Source: Eledone cirrhosa (lineage: Eukaryota). From it: 64,000 nucleotides of DNA. How positions within the stretch are numbered: position 1 is the stretch's first letter; the number at the start of each line of letters is the position of its first letter. Shown piece by piece: positions 57,757 to 64,000 of the stretch. Location: assembly GCA_964016885.1 (NCBI GenBank), contig OZ024745.1:89900001-89964000 (forward strand), read 5' to 3'. The notes beneath the pieces were generated by a model. That model was given only the letters and a program-made list of their open reading frames with translations. It was not told the DNA's origin and made no database searches. Position numbers and translations under genes: made by a program.

Positions 57757-58350
57757 TGTGAACATTTTCAACAGTTTATGTTTTAATTGCTTTTATTTCT
57801 ACCTCTATATATTTTGGATTCTATATATTGTGTATTTAAAGTTTTATTTTCATTCCTCTTGTTCTCTTCCATTGCAATCTTATTATGAATTATAAATGTT
57901 TCATTTTATCTTGCTATTCATATCATATAAGCTCTTACCAAAATTCAACTGAAAGGTAACTACGTATATTTATTTCCTTAGGTAAATATCGACATTCTAT
58001 TTTACTTCTCTTCTTAAAAATCTTTCCATAATGATTGTGATTGTGATTGTGATTGTACATGTGGGTATTAATCCTGTTGTTGTACTTACGTCTGTGTTTT
58101 GTTTTTCCATATCTCTTCTTATATTATCTGTATATAAATAATCCTTGCATATTTTCCAGAATTTATTTTCCATGTGCCAAGATGAATTTCATTAACTTTT
58201 AATCTTGTATACCATCCATCCATATAATACATTATTTTAATATGACTTCTTATCTTTATTACAACTCTCCATCTCATTCTTTCGGAATAATTTTCTTCAT
58301 TTGTTCGCTTGATAGTGTATGTGCATGCATGTGCGTGTCCATTCTGATAT

Positions 58351-59187
<837 letters not shown>

Positions 59188-59331
59188 ACAGATCGCAACT
59201 CGAGCTGTTCGACGGGGAAACAATTGTAATACGTAATAAATTGAGTTCCGATGCATCACTGATTCTTCGTTTTCCATTCTATCATATTCTGCTCCGGCAT
59301 ACCGCCTATGGACGCATCGTAGCTACCATAA

Positions 59332-59385
<54 letters not shown>

Positions 59386-59489
59386 TATATTCTAGTCGAT
59401 CGACTTTCGTCAAATCGGACCGAGGAAACCATGTTTCCGTTGGTCTTTCCAATTGCTAATACTATCTATCGGTCGCAACTCCAGGTAGA

Positions 59490-59608
59490 AGGAGCAACGT
59501 GAAATAAAGTGTCTTGCTCAAGGACATAACGCATCGCCTGGTTCAGGAATCGAACTCACAACCTCACGATTGTGAATCCAATACTCTAACCACTCAGCCA
59601 CACGCCTT
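59490..59608 (-). mobile_element. tRNA-head SINE with CORE-like segment
   Basis: tggctgagtgg..gagttcgattcc..gtccttgagcaagacactt. Confidence 0.7.
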
Positions 59609-59630
59609 CATATATATATATATATATATA

Positions 59631-59744
59631 GGTTGAAATAAAATGAAAACGAAATTTCATTTCTCACTCTTAGTACGGCACTTACTTAAATGTAAGTATG
59701 TGTGTATACGTACATACATATATGTATACAGACGTACAGTAGCA

Positions 59745-59824
<80 letters not shown>

Positions 59825-60262
59825 TATACATACAGGTACACATACATATATGCACGTATCAGTTTAGCGGACGCTTATTATAACGCCGCTTTGTTCGTTT
59901 GTAAACAAACTGAACAGCCTGAATTTTTATGCCGTACGGTGTTAAGGCAACCACGTCACCTTTTTGTTCAACACTGACACAGGAACGATGTACTAGTTTC
60001 AAGCTTTTAGCTATCATCAGCACCGTATACCCATCTGCCAGATAGTTGAACGTTCGAAAGTATATATTTTCCTTATGAAAATTAACGGCTGAGCAGCCTA
60101 ATTTGCATATCGAGTGAGCTAAGTCGGTCAGGCATACCGAAAACGATAAGTTGAAATAAAATGAAAACGAAATTTCATTTCTCACTCTTAGTACGGCACT
60201 TACTTAAATGTAAGTATGTGTGTATACGTACATACATATATGTATACAGACGTACAGTAGCA

Positions 60263-60315
<53 letters not shown>

Positions 60316-60385
60316 TTACAGGTACAGATACATATATGCACGTATCAGTTTAGCGGACGCTTATTATAATGCCGCTTTGTTCGCA
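59631..60385 (-). mobile_element. family K (~520 bp unit) HHR element
   Basis: unit start repeats at 59631 and 60150; HHR 59985-60026(-): ACGGTG-CTGATGA-T AGCT aaa AGCT T-GAAA-CTAG-TA-CATCGT. Confidence 0.8.
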
Positions 60386-60490
60386 ACAGAGCTTATTGGT
60401 TATGTAATAAACAACATAAGATAATTATTTCATTTACCAGTCCTCAGAATGAATAAAAAACATCTATATTATATAACATTGTTATTTATT

Positions 60491-60547
60491 CATTCTGACG
60501 ACTGAAGACAGACATAACATCTGCCTTCAAGAAACCACTGGTAAATG
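60491..60547 (+). ncRNA. type-I hammerhead ribozyme in a small palindromic insertion (60398-60590)
   Basis: CATT-CTGACGA-cTGAAGaCAGA..TCTGcCTTCAa-GAAA-CCACTGG-TA-AATG. Confidence 0.65.
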
Positions 60548-60586
60548 TAATTATTATCTTATGTTGTTTATTACATAAATAAATAA

Positions 60587-60694
<108 letters not shown>

Positions 60695-61459
60695 ACGATT
60701 TTATCATTCTAGGATGAATTCTAATAATAAGAGACATATATTTAAATATATATATAAATAGATGTCCCTTATTTTAAAATTCGTCTGAAAATATCCATCT
60801 TATCTTAAAATCCATCTTAAAACATTTTATAATTCATCTTACAATATCTTAAACTTCCATCGTTTCTAATGTTGCCTTCTTCAGTTAATTCATTAATTCA
60901 ATCAACCGAACGTGAAATTGACGTAAAACCGGGGGGGGGGGATTCTCCGGGACATTGGGTGAAAAGGCTGACCTCTAGAAGTACATATATAACAAAGTTT
61001 TACTGGAATAGCATGGAATAAAGAGTCAAATTTCGGATATCAAACTCAAGACGCTACGATTGAGCCCAGCATCCTAGGCACTACGCCACTAAGCCATGCA
61101 CCTTCAGTATATGTTACTAAATATTTAAACTAAAATAACATTAAAAATATATTAATATTTGCAAACAAAGGAAAATTACCATCCTATATATATGATTATT
61201 GAATTTCTAAGCGTCAAAGTCGAGATTTACAAGGATGTTTTTTTATGTTTAAAATATAAATGTATAAATGTTGCTGTCTAAATTCCAATGTAAGTATGGT
61301 TGATGGTATGAATGGTTAGATGTATAAGGTCGTGAAGAATGAAATTTGTAGAAATTTGCGGCAAAGAAACAGATTTCTACAAATTTCATACTTGACGACA
61401 CAATATTTATTTACGTTTTCGCGAATAGGCATGTATAATACAATACAACTACATATATA

Positions 61460-61499
<40 letters not shown>

Positions 61500-61507
<8 letters not shown>

Positions 61508-62073
61508 CAAATAACGAAACGAAATTAAATTTCGTTTCGCTTCTAACTCACTTTTGTATGACTGACGCTTAAACAATTAAGTTAAAGTGTACATCTACAT
61601 ATGTATACGGAAGTATTAGTATGCATATAAATACACACATGTATACATATGTACATGTACTCAGCTTTTCACTAGACACTTTACAGTGAGTGTCAGCTAG
61701 TCTGTATGTAACCACACAGGCGGACCGGGTTTTAGAGTCATACGAGTTTTCAAGGAAACACATTTCCTCTATTCTCCAGAGGGCCAGACAGGAATATTGG
61801 ACTAGTTTCGATGTTATTACATCTCATCAGCAATATTTACCCATCTTCCGGCTTCTCTGGAGAATTGTAAAAGCACATATCGTTATATGCTTTTTCTATG
61901 AAAATTAGTAGTGGGTAGACCAATTTGCATAGAACGTGAGTCATTGTACGCACCGGTTCAGCGGAAACGATAAAAACAAATAACGAAACGAAATTAAATT
62001 TCGTTTCGTTTCCTTGAAAACTCGTATGACTCTAAAACCCGGTCCGCCTGTGTGGTTACATACAGACTAGCTG
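61500..62073 (-). mobile_element. family K relative (~470 bp unit) with canonical HHR and inverted arm
   Basis: 61793-61837(-): AATATTG-CTGATGA-GATGT aata ACATC-GAAA-CTAG-TC-CAATATT; 62010-62073 inverts 61694-61758. Confidence 0.85.
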
Positions 62074-62074
62074 C

Positions 62075-63506
62075 CTAAATGAAAAATTTACCATTATCTC
62101 TAATCTAGATTCTATAATAAATAGACGTACAGATTTGTTTTCTATCTGCCTGCATAAATTCCATAGGACTTTTCACAAAGTATACAGCTAATATTCAATT
62201 CTTTATCAATTTAGAATCTTTTCTCAAAGGCACATATACACACACCTCTTTAAATTATACCCATCTTCCTACCTTACTTCAAAGGGCATTATACACTCTA
62301 TAATACTTGTTTACTCATTACCCTCATTCTATCTTCACCTTGTAAAATCCTTCATAACATATACATTTGTTTTTTTGACGTTAGAATATTCATCCGCAAT
62401 TATTATTTTTTTCTCTCCATCATCAAACTTTTTAATCTCAATACATTAACTCTCTCTCCTTCTTTTGACGCTAGAATATTCATTCTTAATACATATTAAC
62501 TCTTTCTTCGCACATATTATCAATTCCTTCAATATACAAACCTTAACTTCACATTATTTTTCTCAAATCATCTAATACACAAACCTTAATAATATTTTAA
62601 TACATATTAACTCTTTCTTCGCACATATTATCAATTCCTTCAATATACAAACTTTAACTTCACATTATTTTTCTCAAATCCTTCAACACGCAAACCTTAA
62701 TCATTTTTTCTCTTCATTAATTTTGAAATTGCCATAATACTTATAAACATACACCTTTTTGACGTTAGAATATTCATCCGCAATTATTATTTTTTCTCTC
62801 TATCTTCAAAATTTTTAATCTCAATACATATCAACTCCCTCTCTTTCCTCGTACATATTTTTTCCCTTCGTTAATTTTCAAATTCTTTTAATTTATACAT
62901 TATCTTCCAACGGTTCTCAACCTCTCTATGTAAAACAATATATCTTTTCTCAGTTATAAAAACTATCTCTTTCTCTCTATCACCCATCTCTCCCTCTCCA
63001 CCTTCACTCTCATCTCCTCCCCTTTTTTCATCCTTTCCACCACCCCTCTCTAAATAAAATTTTTTTTTTTTTTTTTCCTCGTACATATTTTTCCCTTCGT
63101 TAATTTTAAAATTCTTTTAATTTATACATTATCTTCCAACGGTTTTCAACCTCTCTATGTAAAACAATATATCTTCTCTCAGTTATAAAAACTATCTCTT
63201 TCTCTCTATCACCCATCTCTCCCTCTCCACATTCACTCTCATCTCCTCCCCTTTTTTTAATCCTTTCCACCCCCCCCCCTCTCTAAATAAAATATTTTTC
63301 CCAATATCACACATCAATCTAAAACTACTTTTCAAATGTTGATTTAAAACTGCACTATCCACAAGTGTTTTTTAGCCTTCATATCATGTTCTCCTGTTTT
63401 ATCTGATGAAAACACAAATATTATTGCATGATGATGTTTGTTTTTGAAATGCGCATAATAAAATACATGGAACTCCTTTAACCATCTTTTGATCTTATAT
63501 ATTATA
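62075..63506 (+). mobile_element. long family A copy with internal tandem subrepeats and terminal HHR (63396-63464)
   Basis: homology to 2600-3140. Confidence 0.75.
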
Positions 63507-64000
63507 TACATATATATATATATGTATATAGTGGTAGAACACTGGAAGGTAATGACCGTTGTAGTAGAGCACTCAGTCCATGGGACGAGTTAGGTAGAAG
63601 TGGTTACACAACAGTTAGTTCAACATACCAAGATCAATTGTTTCACCTTAGCGGATCCGCAGCTCGTAATATGTATATATATATATATATATATACGTGT
63701 TTTTCTAAGATGTCCATTGATAATGGTTGGTTTCTTTTGCTCATCGTATAAACATATACGACATATTTTATAAATTTTATTCGTACATACATACGTACAT
63801 ACGTGCATACGTACGTACATACATGGTGGCTGCCAACTCGTTTTCGAGTACGGCCACTACTTTATATCCATGTAGGAGAACCCCTACGATGCGCTGAACA
63901 AGTGTGACATTTTAGTCCAGCCAGCGACTTGAAAACTCTGGTACAAACACTACACTCGTGACAATTATTGACACATAGTGCTGGGCCCATGGTACCATGT

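Noticed and set aside
59530-59608. tRNA gene
   Set aside because: The tRNA-like head lacks a proper acceptor stem and continues into a SINE body.

Overview
AT-rich eukaryotic repeat DNA. The tRNA-derived SINEs resemble octopus/cephalopod families, but this host assignment is an inference. No host gene exon could be supported. The window is a mosaic of (TA)n microsatellites holding several kinds of element: Penelope-like elements (PLEs; RT + C-terminal GIY-YIG, at least 2 groups, 7 copies or fragments), a Tx1/L1-clade LINE stacked in a (GATA)n tract, RTE and CR1-type LINE fragments, Helitron and mariner remnants, and SINEs. The main signal is invisible in the ORF track. By eye I find roughly 40-45 type-I hammerhead ribozyme (HHR) motifs in about 16 sequence families. 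They sit in PLE pseudo-LTRs and in non-coding 290-690 bp tandem units that look like retrozymes. Several families carry family-wide core variants (U3:A8, G3:C8, U4A, U.U at 10.1/11.1). Most of these insertions share one architecture: two arms joined head-to-head with both 3' ends running out into (TA)n. All structures were folded manually and boundaries are approximate.
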